In this document: piece by piece, positions 11,147 to 23,151 of the stretch
How positions within the stretch are numbered: the first letter of the stretch is position 1
Layout of the letters: the number at the start of each line of letters is the position of its first letter
From: Craspedostauros australis
Taxonomy: Eukaryota
Assembly: GCA_030167865.1 (NCBI GenBank)
Contig: JALAGF010005320.1
Coordinates: 1-44,773, forward strand
Direction: 5' to 3'
Length of the DNA stretch: 44,773 nucleotides
Translations under genes and position numbers: made by a program
The notes under the pieces: generated by a model
What the model saw: only the letters and a program-made list of their open reading frames with translations
What the model was told of the DNA's origin: nothing
Database searches by the model: none

Positions 11147-13730
11147 GGCCACGTGAGCTTTGACCACGCACAAGATGCTCGTAGAGCATACAACGCTCGG
11201 ATGATACTGTTGTTTCTTCACTCAGTTTGATTCCTTACGACCTGGCCGAGGTACGCTACCCTCGTTGTCTCAAGATCAACCGTAGGGGAATGAGGTTGAC
11301 AAACCTGCTGCCTATCACTTCGACTGTGTGAGAGGGGCGAAGGGCGAGATCGGGACCACCAGCAGAGGATGGTGGCGGCGCAGCATCAGTTTGGGCCGGT
11401 GTCAGAACTGTGCTCAAAGTGAAGCGGCCCTGTCCCATTTGGCATCACCAAACGCGACGATGGGCGAACACGCAGAGCGTTCATGGACAAAGTACGAGCA
11501 AGCCCAAGGAGGCGGAAGGATACGAAGAGGGGAAGGGACCCGAACGCAAGGATCGTCATTCTGATTCACAGCGTCAACTGCTCGACCAGGGATGCTTGCA
11601 GCGAAGGACATCGTGAAACCAACAGGGGGGAGTGATACATTAGATCAGGATTGCGACACCACCAAAGATCGTCCTCTGTGCGCACGAGCTATCGCAGAGA
11701 GGTCCGTTCCTCTTCCCTCCCAACTCCGCGATGATACTGTGGGAACAAAGCGATGAAAGTTCTCAAGTTCGCTCATCGATGACTTGGCGCACGTCCCTTG
11801 GCAGCAGCGACTCCATCCTTTTTGTCTGAGCGGACGAAGGGAGGCGGTGTACTCTCTGCAGAGATGCCTCTCCATCCCCGATTCTCTTTGAGCAGAGAGC
11901 AGTGTCCGGTGGGTATCCGCCTCAGAAACATGATGGCGATGTGTTTTCACGCGCGCAACATCATCCAACGAAGAGAACAGCATCTTCCCGCATGGATCTC
12001 TCTCTCTCTCTCTCGTTGTTCCTCGATCCGTCTCCATCCTTGTGTTGATCAACGTCAAAACCAGGCAAGATCATTAGATTCAGCCTTCAGATCACAACGA
12101 GCATTGGCATCGGCAGCAGTGTTGTGCTGGTGGAGCAATAGTCGCACAGAGAGGAGCAGCGTCATCGGACTTTGGGTCCCTCATTCGAGCTCGTCCTCAT
12201 CTGCTCCACTCTGCTCTGCTCCAAATGATCACCGGACGATGCAGGGCCGCCGAAAGGGGGAATGTGGCGAGAAGAGAAGGCGATCTTTTGTCAGCCGAGG
12301 AAGGCATCGGAACGCTGGTACTTTCATTCACGATGCTCGTGCCAATCCAGGGCCTCAATTTCCTCTTGGCGGCAGCAAGGCGACCAGCAGACCTCCTTTG
12401 CGATGCCACCCACCACAGCACCGGAGACTGCGACCGTAAGTATCTTGAAGATGCGGCGAGGACACTCCCAGTCCGGTTGTTTTTAGACTGCCTTCGGTCT
12501 TGTTGCTGTCATCGTCATCATCACTGCGAGTGTCAATGTCATTGCGGACATCAAGGGGTGATTGTTCCAGCAATGATAATGGCAATCCCGACCTCCTTTC
12601 CTCAGTGACCGCGTTTGCAGCCTTCCGCCTCTTTGTTGGAATCTTCATCGTCTGCGGAAGCAGCTCGCGGCACTTTGGACACCGTCTGCCGATGTCGTTG
12701 TCGCCATGGAATGAATGCAGAGCGCAGCACAGTAGCAAAGCAAAATGGTGCGTTTCTTGTTGCAGTTTCCTTCATTTCTTCTTTCCTCCATTTCTTCATT
12801 CCTCCATTCTCCCCTTCCTTGGTTGCAGAAGTTGGATACGGATACCTCTCGACACGACAGAGCCCAGAGCGAAAATGGAACAGAAAGATCGTGTTCGTGA
12901 AAGCAGTCGAGCGAATCCTGCGCGTGGATCAGTCCGAAACGCTCCGAACCAGTCAGCCCCTGATTGCGAGCAGTTCCTGCTGACGAGTGGGAGTTTATTG
13001 CCATCGCGGGCAATCCGTGACGCCGTGCTTCGTCAGGGCCTGAGGCGTTCCTTAAGTTGGGTTTCTTCTACCTCTTTTTGATAAGCCCCTTTCCGAAGGG
13101 TAGGGTGTGAAGTGCGCCATGTTGGGGCAATAATGCGTTTCAGAAATTCTTGAGAGTCCCTTGGACGTTGCCCAGCAGGAATGCGAGTGTGGGTGGGTAC
13201 AAGTCGTTGACACCTTTGTCACTCGAATGTGCGTGATTATTTGAAGGCCACCAGGCTGGTCGTTGTCAATTGTTTCTTGGCCCAACTGATTATCTTCACC
13301 ACATGTTGGAACACAGAAACGCCAGTGGTAGAATCCGAACGGTTTCGGATATCACTGTCTCGGGAGTGACAGCAACGTGTTGGGTGTACTTTGGAGCGAA
13401 TACCTGAGCTTTGTGGGCGACCATCGTGTGCGGGGATGCAAGGAGGCACAATCACGCCCACCGCGGTAACAAGAGGCACTTGCTCGCACCCAAAGTACCC
13501 AAACGCCAAAAAAAGAAAACCTCATCACCCGACCATCGATTCTCGTGTGGCCCAACCGTTTATTCGTGGCGAAGTGCCTTTGTCTCCGTTTCAGGAGGCG
13601 TTGTTGCTTTGTCGTGATGGTTGGCGTCTGCGCTCTCGTGCTTTTGCTGTGCTTCTGTGTTGTTTCAGTGCCAATTTTCTCTCAGCTCTTCGTGCTTTGT
13701 GGTTCTTGGTTCCCATTCTCCACCAACCAT

Positions 13731-13782
13731 CACGTTCACATCCACGTTCACATCCACGTTCACGTTGACGTCCACGCTCACG
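13731..13782. repeat. Degenerate hexamer tandem repeat (CACGTT/CACATC)
   Basis: cacgttcacatccacgttcacatccacgttcacgttgacgtccacgctcacg, upstream of the 14013 ORF. Confidence 0.85.
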
Positions 13783-14012
13783 ACCAGTCGCAAACAACAT
13801 CGCACAACGATCAGCCGCTGTAATACAACGTGGTGAAGTTGGAGTAACCACGTTGTTGTGCACGCAAAAAAGCAAACCAAGTGATAATTCATGCACAACA
13901 CAGACACAAATTTGAAACAAGAGCAAAAATAGCACAACCAACAATAACGCAATAACAGCAGCCTCACGACCAACCAAACAACCAAACAACGAAACAATAC
14001 GAAAGACCAGCC

Positions 14013-14897
14013 ATGCCAATCACCAAGCCGCATTACGCCATGAACTACCCCGCCAACACCATGAGAGGACAGATCAACGCAGCCATCGACGATGACTCGC
14101 TCACCCCAGTGGACAAGTCCACGAAGAAGCTCCAGCTCAAGCCTGCTGATGCATCGCAGCTCCTCATCAAGCCTCTGGTGGCCATGACCACTCAGCCTAC
14201 GCAAGCTACTGCCGTCCAGCAGCCGCGAAAGACAGCCGTGGAAACTGCCGCAACCGCATCCAACAACAATGCCAGAGCCTGCGCCGCCACCAACGGCATC
14301 ACGTCTCTCACCTCCATCATGGCAGCCTCCGCTGCTGCGTCCGCCGGGAGGAGAGCATCGTACGATGCCATGATCCACCGCCAGCACGCAGGCAGCGTCC
14401 ACCGCCTGCAGCTTCAACAGCAGCATCAGCAGCAGCTCTATCCACACCAACACTCACGGCAGTCCCGTCCTCAGCCACAGCACCTGGACGCATCTCAGGC
14501 TCTGCACCAACGTCGACGCGTGAGCTTCGAGATGCCAGACAGCAGCTACTTGGCCTCGCCAGAACCCCCGCAGAAGAAGCGCCGCTTCCAGAGACGCAAC
14601 TCCAAAACGGCAGCCATGCTCTTCAGCGCCATGGCCGCATCCAGCATGGCGGCCCATCAAGCCCAGACCACATCCCCACAAATGACCGACGAAAATGAGT
14701 TCGCGAAGCAGTCATCAATCCCACAAGCGCCAACAAACACGACACAAGGCCCATCCCCATCAGCGGCCAGCACTGATGAGACCTGGGATGGGGGCGTCGA
14801 GATCGCCGAAGAGCTTGTCAGGCAGCTCAAGCTCCGAAGAAGGAGCAACAGCTTCGGATCAGCAGAGTCGGGATCGCACCACTCCAGATCGTCGTAG
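14013..14897 (+). CDS. Hypothetical low-complexity (A/S/Q-rich) protein, 294 aa, with KKRRFQRRNSKTAAML motif
   Basis: Intact ATG-to-TAG ORF preceded by a CAA/AAC-rich leader like that of other genes in the window. It carries several RRxS motifs (RRAS, RRVS, RRNS). Confidence 0.75.
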   Translation: MPITKPHYAMNYPANTMRGQINAAIDDDSLTPVDKSTKKLQLKPADASQLLIKPLVAMTTQPTQATAVQQPRKTAVETAATASNNNARACAATNGITSLTSIMAASAAASAGRRASYDAMIHRQHAGSVHRLQLQQQHQQQLYPHQHSRQSRPQPQHLDASQALHQRRRVSFEMPDSSYLASPEPPQKKRRFQRRNSKTAAMLFSAMAASSMAAHQAQTTSPQMTDENEFAKQSSIPQAPTNTTQGPSPSAASTDETWDGGVEIAEELVRQLKLRRRSNSFGSAESGSHHSRSS

Positions 14898-16283
14898 AGG
14901 GTGTGCCTGTTTGCCTCGCACACTCTCACACGCACTATTGTGCATGTGCAGCACATGATGTCTTCCCGAAGACGCAAGAATGCAATCCCAGCACCACCAT
15001 CTGCTATTCTGCGAACACAGCAACCAGAAGGCCGCACGAGCCGCTGGTATGCAGGGGCGCAACACAGCACACATCAACGAACAGCAATCCCACCCAACCC
15101 AAGATGAGGGCTTCCGTAACATAGACATATTACATGAACAAAGAAACTAACAATCCAACCACACGCTTACGCTCTGCTCTCCTTCACGTTCTAGATTCCG
15201 CCAATGCGCCGTACTCCACTGGGTGTCAGCAAATGACGTAAAGCGCAAACGTCAGCATCCTTTCAGCAACATCGTGATCGGCATCATGGCCACACACGCC
15301 TCAGGATCAATCATCAGCCAGCAACTGCCAAACAACAGACACACTTGGCCCCTTGTTTCGAGGCTGTGAAGTCATGCAGTTCCGCAACCAACATGCGCTT
15401 CTCGTGTTGCAGCTCCCCAACCTCCAAAAGCGGCCAAAATGACTCCCCCAGACCACCCACGCTGGCGCAACCATCGCACAACGCAAAGCACACAACCAAC
15501 GGTTTCATGTGTCTCATGTCGTATCTGTGTCGTATTTTCCAACACGATAGCCGAACGAAAACTCTTCGATGTTCCCAACAAACATGCAAAGAAACGAGAG
15601 CATTCATCACGTGAGTTGCCAGGATAAGCCCACTTCGGGCCTGGTCGGGCGTGAGTCGTTGTTGCAACTCTTGCGCTTACGCGTGCGAGTACGCGTACAA
15701 CAAGGGACAGCAGTTGCACGAGTGTGATGAAGGGAAGAGCATCGTTGCGGTTCCATAGGTGGGCGGGTCAGGTCGATGCTTTCTCTTTCTTCTGCTAATG
15801 CCTCTGTCTTTGTCATCTCTTCCCGCGTTTCTCCTCGGAGGCATCGTCTCATCGATGAAGCGGGCAGTTGGCACACGTCGTGAAGATAGAACAGGGAGAC
15901 TGCGACCTACAACAAGATGCAACTCTACTTTTCTTTCTCTCTCTACTCCGCAGAGGAGGTACTACATCTGAGGAAGTGGCACACTCGGCATGCATCTCCA
16001 CTTCAGGCGTAGAAATCGGGAGAAAATGTAATAACTGAATCTAATCTACCATATCTATTAGATTGTATTAATATAATACCATGCAACGACGTATTGTCGC
16101 AAACCATTTTGAGTGAACTCTCTCTCTTGAGAGAGAGATGCTAAGACTACATGCATCAAACTGTCAACGTGTTTCCCTTTACACAGAATATATCCCTCCC
16201 ATTTCCCCCTTTTGGATGGACTTCCATGATCGACATCGTCCATAGATGTTGTCGCCACCCACATGCAATTCGTTCTTGTTCCA

Positions 16284-19200
16284 TCAACCACTTGGAGCCG
16301 ACGACGTGGATCCGCGCAGTCCCTGTGCCTCGCGGTCGTTGAGGATGTGCTGCAAGCCGCGGTTGTGGATGTACGGTCGCAGCACCTTGGCGTTGATGGG
16401 GTTCCACCAGCAGTGCGTGCACTGGACGATGACATCGAGGTTGGCAGGATTGATGTGCAGGTCGTGCTTCGATCGGTTGTCACGGATCGTGGCGCGGATG
16501 TCATCCTTCATCTCCGTCGTGATGGTGTGCTCGCTGGCGTACATGTGGGTGACCTGCGTCCTCTTCAATCCCCTCGTGAATCTCTCCCACGTCTTGTTCC
16601 TGATGTTGTACAGCTCTCCCACGTTGATGCACCAGATCCTGCAGTTCGGCTGCTGCAATATCTTCAGCAGGTGCATCAGCTGCTTGTCCCGCATGCCAAG
16701 GTTGAAGTTTTGAATGTACAGAGCCTCGCAGTTGGAGTTCTCCTCGAGAGCGTCCAGGGCAGCATCCAGGACGGCGACCGATGCGTTAGGATCGCTGATG
16801 TACTTCTTCATCTTCAGAACCACCATCTCGGGACTGTTGCTGCGGAGCTTCTCGACAAAAGCCTTCATCTGTGGCGAGTCCAGGTGACCTCGTGATGGAT
16901 TGCGCATCGAACGGCGCACCCAATTGCCACCGCAGCAGCCGGCATCGTCCTCGGCAAGGATGGCCTTGATCTGATCGCTCGTCAGCGGCTTGGCGGACTC
17001 CTTGATGCGTTTGCGTTCTGCGCGATCCTTCTGGTACTTCTTGAGCTGGGCTTCGGTCATATTGCTCATCTTGTCCTTCTTCGTCTTCTTCTTGCTCTTC
17101 TTGACTTCGGCGCTTCTTGGAACATCCGCCTGACTCGTTGGAGGTGGTGCTGCCATGGACTTGGACATGGAGCTCGATGTGGTCCCAGGTTTCTTGGACA
17201 CATGGGCAGGTGCAGGCAGTGCCACAGGTGGCGAAGACCGTTGCTGTTTTGTGCGATCGGATGGAGGCAGCGACGTCCTCATGGCCATTTCCCTGGCCTC
17301 CCGCTCTGCACGCATCCTGGCCTTTTTCTTCTTCTTCCTCCTCATCATCTTCTGTTTCCTCATCTCATCTGAGGTTGTTGCACCATCTGCTCCAGCTTCT
17401 GCTCCTGGCATTGGCTGTTCGCGGATAATGTTGTTATTGTCCTTCACGTTCTCAATCGATGGCATCTTGTGTTGCATCGAAGCCTCGGAATCTCGCTTTA
17501 GCTTCTTGAGCGACATTCGAAGATGCAGGGTTGGGATCTTGCGCTGTGGTTGTGGCTGTTCCTGATCTCGTGCCTGCTGATCTCGTGCCTGGCGAGGTTC
17601 CTGCGCAGGTCGCTCATGCTGTCGTCGGTGTGACATGTCACGCTGCACCGCCTCCATATCTTCTTGACCGGACGATGATGTCGACGATGACAGTGACGAC
17701 GGCGACGTTTGCGGAGCTGTGCCCTTCTTGTGTGCGATCTTGGGTGGCGTAATGCCAAACATCTTTGATGCCCAATTCATCAGTTCCTCCTCGTCCGTGT
17801 CCGAGTCAGAGCTGCTGGACGAGGATGACGGCCAGGAAGCGTTCGAAGAATTCGAGGCGACAGAGTTGTCATCGTTGTCATCAAGATGCGCATGCTTTCC
17901 GGCGTGTCCATTCGCCGAGTCTTCATCGCGGACAATATGCTGATGAGCGGCATCGCCAGAATCATCAGCATCGTTTGACGTCGCCAATGCAGAAGTACGT
18001 GTCGGCGTGGACGTTGCCGAGTCAGTTGCAGCCTCAATCCTGCCGCATCTCACATTGTTATCGTCGAAGTCCCGACGGACGATCACAGATGGGACTTGAT
18101 GAGCAACGACCGGTGCTGTCGGCTCATTGGTCGTGCATGCAGTCAACGAGTCTTCCGTCGCAACGTCGGGCGAAGTGGCCAAGAACGACATCGCTTGATG
18201 CTTGTCGTAGTTGCCCTGGTTGGCATCACTCGTCCTCTTCTGCTTGGTGACAATCGCGGATGGGACTTTCATGGGTAGCGAGGTGTCGTTGGTCAAATCC
18301 GCGTTCGAGTTGCGGTGGTTTGAACTCGAACTCACGTTTGGCCTTGTGTCCGCTGGTCTTGGCTTGACTTGCTTGGGCAACCGGCTGATCGTGCTCGTGC
18401 TCGTGCCGAGACTTCGGCTGGCATGTTCGACCATGTCCCGCAGGTTCGATGCTGTGGATCCTCCCTCCGAGTCAGTCACGGCCCTGTTGTTGAACTGCGC
18501 CGACGACAATGACGCCAATGTCGATGAGGTGGACTGCTTGGTGGAGACTGATGCGGAGCCACTGTTCGCAGTGGCATCCACCTTGTCAGCCGTCGACTTG
18601 GGTGAGATCTTTGCCATCGGACGACTTCCCGAAGTTGCAGCCTTCCTGTCCACGGGCGTCTTTTTCAGTTTCAGCTTCAACCACTCGGAGGGAACAGGCA
18701 AGAGGGTCGATTCGGACTGATCCCTTTCGTTTGTTGCTGCCGCTGCACACTCTTGCGTCGCTGCATTTGGTGGCGTCGACGGTGGCAACTTTGTCTGTCT
18801 TTCAGTGCCCTCCTTTTGCTGTCGCTGGTCGCTGCCATGATCACTTTTGCTTGATGGAATATTGCGATGAGACGATCGCAAGTCACCGTCGTCTTGACGC
18901 CATCTCTTCCGTGGTGGCGAAGAGCAGCGGCCATGATCTTCATCTTGGGACATTGGACGAGCGATGTCGTTGTTCTTGGTGTAGTCGGCGTTTGGGTTGA
19001 ATGAGTTCTCCGGCGATAACTGATGCGTCATGGACACTGAATCGGGGTCTGTTCCAACACCAAATGCAGGTACCACCTCGTGGTACGGCTTGTTGGATGA
19101 GGAAGACCGTTGATGATCAAGATCATGGTGGCGACGGTGTTCGTGTTCATGTTGATGTCGGCCATGATCGTGCCCTTCGCCCTGCCTGTCACCGTAATAG

Positions 19201-21965
19201 CCTCGACGATCTGAACTGTGCATGCTTGCGTGGACGACCTCAGCATCGAAAGGCTGAGCAACTTCATCATCGTGCATGTCTCGGCGTTGATCGTTCATGT
19301 GCGGGTCGTTTTGCCTATCGAAAGGACGACGGTCGTGATTGTTGTGCATCTCTTGGAACTCGAAGTCACGTCCCTTATCAGGGCCATCCATAGCATCGTC
19401 ACCATGGCTCGTCCTGGGTCCATCCGGGTGGTTGGATGCAAAGGGCGGGTAAACGTTCTCGTGGAAATCACCGTAGTGGGCATCCTCCTGACGGTCTCGA
19501 TGCAGATTGGGTTCATTGCATCTGTCGGCCGACATGCGAGGTGAGCGGGCAATGTTGTACCCTCGGGGTGGGCCTGAAGGACGGCGAGCATTGCCCATCA
19601 TGGGATCCTGGCCGCGTGGAATCCTCGAACCCATCTGAGCGTTACCATGATCAAAGTTGTTAGCGTTGACGCTGGGGTTCATCGTTCTGTCACGCATCAT
19701 GTCGCCACCGTCTCGCCCATATCCTCGACGCTCGCGGAAGTCCTGCGGCGACGCCATGGAGCCACGAGAGTTAGGGCTATTGAAGTTGCGATCATTCTGG
19801 TACCCGCCTTGCATTCTCTGAGGGAATGGCTCCCGAGGCTGGTTTGGATCACGCTCTCCTTCACGACGTCCATCGAATGGTCCTGGTTGTCGGAAGCGAT
19901 GTTGGCGCTGGAACTGTTGCTGTTGTTGGTGCGGACGGTGGTGCGTGCGACGCGGGAATCGCTGTGCGTTGCCGTTGTGAATGTCACCGTTGTTGCGGGG
20001 AGAGTGGAAAGGACGATGGTTCTTCTCATTGTTTCCCATGTTGACGTTTCCGGGACCACGCTGGCGATGAAGGTGCTGAGGCATGCCGCGTTGAAAGTTG
20101 CCACGCTGATTGCCTTGGGGACGACGATCATTGGATGGAGGGCGCTCTCTTCGCCAACCGTCGTTGCCACCGCCGTGATGTCTTCCATAGGGCCCGCCAT
20201 TGCCGCCACCGTTCCAATTGCCATGTGGTCCAGCATTGGCTGTGTTGCGTTGTCTTTGCTGCTGCTGCTGTTGTTGATGGTGAAAGTCTCGTTCACCATC
20301 GCGGCGGTACCGTTGAAACTCACCGGACCCATCGCTGAAGTTTTTGTCGGTATTGCCATGTGGGTTGCGGTCGACGAAAGGAACGCCTGCGTCATGTGGG
20401 ACATCCTCAGTGAACTTTGGCGGAAGACCACCACGTGGGGCTTCGGGATTCACGTAGTAGTTGCGACACATGTTGTTTTGGTTGAGATCTTCTTCGCTTC
20501 GTTGCGCACCCTTGCTGTCGTTGTTGCTGTGGTTGTTGCTGTGGTTGTTGTCCTCTGTGTTTGGCCTCTCGGCTTGGAAGTCGCGATGACTATCCGAGTC
20601 TCTCCTGCTGTCGCTGTTGCTGTTGCGTTGGTGGCTGCTGCTGTTGTTGTTTTCAGTCACTGATTGCCTACGAGTAGTCGCAGGAGCGTCGCGCGCAAAC
20701 GGTGGTCTTGTGTTGGTGTTGGTATTCGTGGTTGCGAAGGAGGCTGCCTCTGTTCCAAGACGTCGACGGTGTTGGCTGGGCGAGTCAGGTGCAGATGTGT
20801 GATGTTGGTGGTGGTGTTGCTGTTGGTTGTGATGACGATGTGCGCGATGGTGGTGAACGTTGTTCTGTCTACTCGTATCGTGAAGATCTTTGTTGTGTGA
20901 GATCTGGTTGCCATCAAAGCTGCTGTTGCGATTTGAGCCAGCGTCACGGCCGTTTCTGTTGTTCCAGTTGTCGCTGTTATGGCTGCTGCTGTTGCTGCTG
21001 TGCTGCGGCTGGGAAGAGCGGCGACGAGAAAAGTGTTTGTGGTGGGGTTCGGATTGGTGCGTGGGAAACGACTCGTGGTGGTGGTGGTTGGTGGCACGAG
21101 CATGTCTCCCGTTCGGCTGCGAATGCGGACGTTCCCATCTTTGCTGCTGGTCTGGATGAGTTTGTGTGTACACGTCCCCCTTCTCCGTGGGGTTGTGGCT
21201 GTGGCTGCCGTTGTGCGTTTCCTCGCTTTGCATCCGACTCGTATCGCGCGAGGCCTGATCAACGCTCCACCGGCGTTCCGCACTCTGGCTGCGAAAAGGC
21301 ATGCGAGGTCGTTTGCGTGCGCTGCCGATGCCGCGCCCTTCTCCATTGAATTCATTTTGATGCGATTGTTTCGGATCATCATTCCCATGAGGTTGCTGGT
21401 GACCTTGACGCGGTTGGGAATCACCGCTGTTATCACCACCCACGGCGCCACCTATCCGATTGACGTAGCCTCTGCCGGATTGATCAGACGTGGACGAGGT
21501 TCCCGGAGCAGCGGTTTCATCCAATTCACCATCTTCATCGGACGATGGGGCGTCTTTCATGGCATCCGCATTGCGATCATGAGCACCAGGACGAGAGTCT
21601 GCTTGCACTGCGACAGGGTTTGAACTGCGCCTGGCGGAGTCGACGTCAGCATCATGATTGAGCGGACGGTGAGGACCCTCGTCCGCTAGCGATGATGACG
21701 ACGATGATGATTGTTCACGATTTCGCACATCCTCGTGGACTCTGTTGCTGCCGTTGATTTCAGGAGCATGCCGTGGCTGTTGTTGTTGTTGCTGCTGGTA
21801 ATGGTGCGGTCTGTGCTGATCACTATGATGATGATGCTGATGATGGTGATTGCGGTATTGCCTGTTCTTCTTGCTGCCACCTCTCTTCCTTCCAAACTTG
21901 GTCCCTCTTCGTCCGTTCCTTGTGTCTGCGATTGGGCCTTGTCGCCTCACCAGCGATGTCGTCAT
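16284..21965 (-). CDS. Very large (~1893 aa) mostly disordered protein with a C-terminal globular, RNI/LRR-like domain
   Basis: 5.7-kb uninterrupted ORF; first ATG at 21965. About 1680 aa are H/N/Q/R/G/S-rich. The last ~200 aa are hydrophobic-patterned (WVRRS..VLKMKKY..NCEALYIQNF..IWCINVGE..VTHMYASE..CWWNP). Confidence 0.85.
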   Translation of the reverse strand: MTTSLVRRQGPIADTRNGRRGTKFGRKRGGSKKNRQYRNHHHQHHHHSDQHRPHHYQQQQQQQPRHAPEINGSNRVHEDVRNREQSSSSSSSLADEGPHRPLNHDADVDSARRSSNPVAVQADSRPGAHDRNADAMKDAPSSDEDGELDETAAPGTSSTSDQSGRGYVNRIGGAVGGDNSGDSQPRQGHQQPHGNDDPKQSHQNEFNGEGRGIGSARKRPRMPFRSQSAERRWSVDQASRDTSRMQSEETHNGSHSHNPTEKGDVYTQTHPDQQQRWERPHSQPNGRHARATNHHHHESFPTHQSEPHHKHFSRRRSSQPQHSSNSSSHNSDNWNNRNGRDAGSNRNSSFDGNQISHNKDLHDTSRQNNVHHHRAHRHHNQQQHHHQHHTSAPDSPSQHRRRLGTEAASFATTNTNTNTRPPFARDAPATTRRQSVTENNNSSSHQRNSNSDSRRDSDSHRDFQAERPNTEDNNHSNNHSNNDSKGAQRSEEDLNQNNMCRNYYVNPEAPRGGLPPKFTEDVPHDAGVPFVDRNPHGNTDKNFSDGSGEFQRYRRDGERDFHHQQQQQQQRQRNTANAGPHGNWNGGGNGGPYGRHHGGGNDGWRRERPPSNDRRPQGNQRGNFQRGMPQHLHRQRGPGNVNMGNNEKNHRPFHSPRNNGDIHNGNAQRFPRRTHHRPHQQQQQFQRQHRFRQPGPFDGRREGERDPNQPREPFPQRMQGGYQNDRNFNSPNSRGSMASPQDFRERRGYGRDGGDMMRDRTMNPSVNANNFDHGNAQMGSRIPRGQDPMMGNARRPSGPPRGYNIARSPRMSADRCNEPNLHRDRQEDAHYGDFHENVYPPFASNHPDGPRTSHGDDAMDGPDKGRDFEFQEMHNNHDRRPFDRQNDPHMNDQRRDMHDDEVAQPFDAEVVHASMHSSDRRGYYGDRQGEGHDHGRHQHEHEHRRHHDLDHQRSSSSNKPYHEVVPAFGVGTDPDSVSMTHQLSPENSFNPNADYTKNNDIARPMSQDEDHGRCSSPPRKRWRQDDGDLRSSHRNIPSSKSDHGSDQRQQKEGTERQTKLPPSTPPNAATQECAAAATNERDQSESTLLPVPSEWLKLKLKKTPVDRKAATSGSRPMAKISPKSTADKVDATANSGSASVSTKQSTSSTLASLSSAQFNNRAVTDSEGGSTASNLRDMVEHASRSLGTSTSTISRLPKQVKPRPADTRPNVSSSSNHRNSNADLTNDTSLPMKVPSAIVTKQKRTSDANQGNYDKHQAMSFLATSPDVATEDSLTACTTNEPTAPVVAHQVPSVIVRRDFDDNNVRCGRIEAATDSATSTPTRTSALATSNDADDSGDAAHQHIVRDEDSANGHAGKHAHLDDNDDNSVASNSSNASWPSSSSSSSDSDTDEEELMNWASKMFGITPPKIAHKKGTAPQTSPSSLSSSTSSSGQEDMEAVQRDMSHRRQHERPAQEPRQARDQQARDQEQPQPQRKIPTLHLRMSLKKLKRDSEASMQHKMPSIENVKDNNNIIREQPMPGAEAGADGATTSDEMRKQKMMRRKKKKKARMRAEREAREMAMRTSLPPSDRTKQQRSSPPVALPAPAHVSKKPGTTSSSMSKSMAAPPPTSQADVPRSAEVKKSKKKTKKDKMSNMTEAQLKKYQKDRAERKRIKESAKPLTSDQIKAILAEDDAGCCGGNWVRRSMRNPSRGHLDSPQMKAFVEKLRSNSPEMVVLKMKKYISDPNASVAVLDAALDALEENSNCEALYIQNFNLGMRDKQLMHLLKILQQPNCRIWCINVGELYNIRNKTWERFTRGLKRTQVTHMYASEHTITTEMKDDIRATIRDNRSKHDLHINPANLDVIVQCTHCWWNPINAKVLRPYIHNRGLQHILNDREAQGLRGSTSSAPSG

Positions 21966-23151
21966 GGGCTGGTTCAACCGCGATTGTTGCTATGGCGGAG
22001 GTTGTGGAGGATCTTCTCTTGCTGCTCTTCGCCTTCTGCCTCTCCTCTTCTGCTGGCACTTGTAAGATATTGTATAAGAGGAGTATGATGGCACTTATGA
22101 TGGCCGAAGCTCTCTGTGGATCTTTCGATCTGCTTTGCCGTTGGTGCTGTTGCGTTTCTTGCTCCTTCGTCACAGAACCTACGATCACGAGTATCACACT
22201 GCTCCAATGTGGAGTATCGTTGATGCAATATAATACAAGGCACTGCGGAGTAATGCTGTCGAAAGCAGACACTCTTGTCTCCTTGTTGTTGCGGCTGTCG
22301 TCGATGCTCCTCACAATGCCGCTCTCAACGCTGCTCGTGCGGTGCTGCTCTTGTTGCGTTTGTTCGGTCGTGGATGTGCGAAGAACTGCATACCGCCTCT
22401 TGTGGTGCTGTTGTTGTTGGCGGTTTTGGGTTTTGCGCTCCTCTCTGTCCTTCCATCTTCGCGGGCTGTTCTTGCTGTCGATTTTCCCGACCTCTCTTGC
22501 GCTGCGCCGCACCACGACACGCGCAATCGCGAATGGCTGACTCGCCCAACCAAACACCCAACCAGACACAAACACACACCAAAACTACGCATACGACTAA
22601 ACGGACCAACGCGCGCGACACGTTCTTGGTGGCCAAACACGTTTCCGACTCTTCAGAATTCAATGGTGGAATCGTTTCTAATGTCCTAGTAGTGTCGTAC
22701 GCGACAACACATCGTTTTGAATTGCCAAAACGAACACACGGCGCAAACACGGCCGCAAACGCGAAGGTGAACGATGCGGAACTTTCGAGAGAACCGTGCG
22801 CAGCGCGGAAAAAGAAGCAAGGAGAATGTGGCCGATGGTTTTGAACTTTCTGCATCAAAGTTCGCGTCAGTCTAAATTGTTGAAGCTAGAGAAGGTTGCA
22901 ACTGTGGTGTTTTATCCATCCAGCAAAGCACAACAGAGCAAAGCACTCACACGAGTTAGTTTCGGAACTCTGACAACCAAAACAGCAATCGAAGAACAAC
23001 CAAATCAATACGACCTACTCCATCAATATTGTCTCTACGAGGAAGGAATCTCACTGCATTAGAAAGCCCAACGATACAGGATGCTGTGCGATACTCTCCT
23101 GTGAAAGCACTACCTGCAATGTACCAGCAGTCCTCTGCGACATTGAAAGTC

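Noticed and set aside
15968..16017. CTGAGGA...GAAA hammerhead-like words
   Set aside because: The stem II geometry does not fit; the CTGAG segment is itself paired in a simple hairpin.
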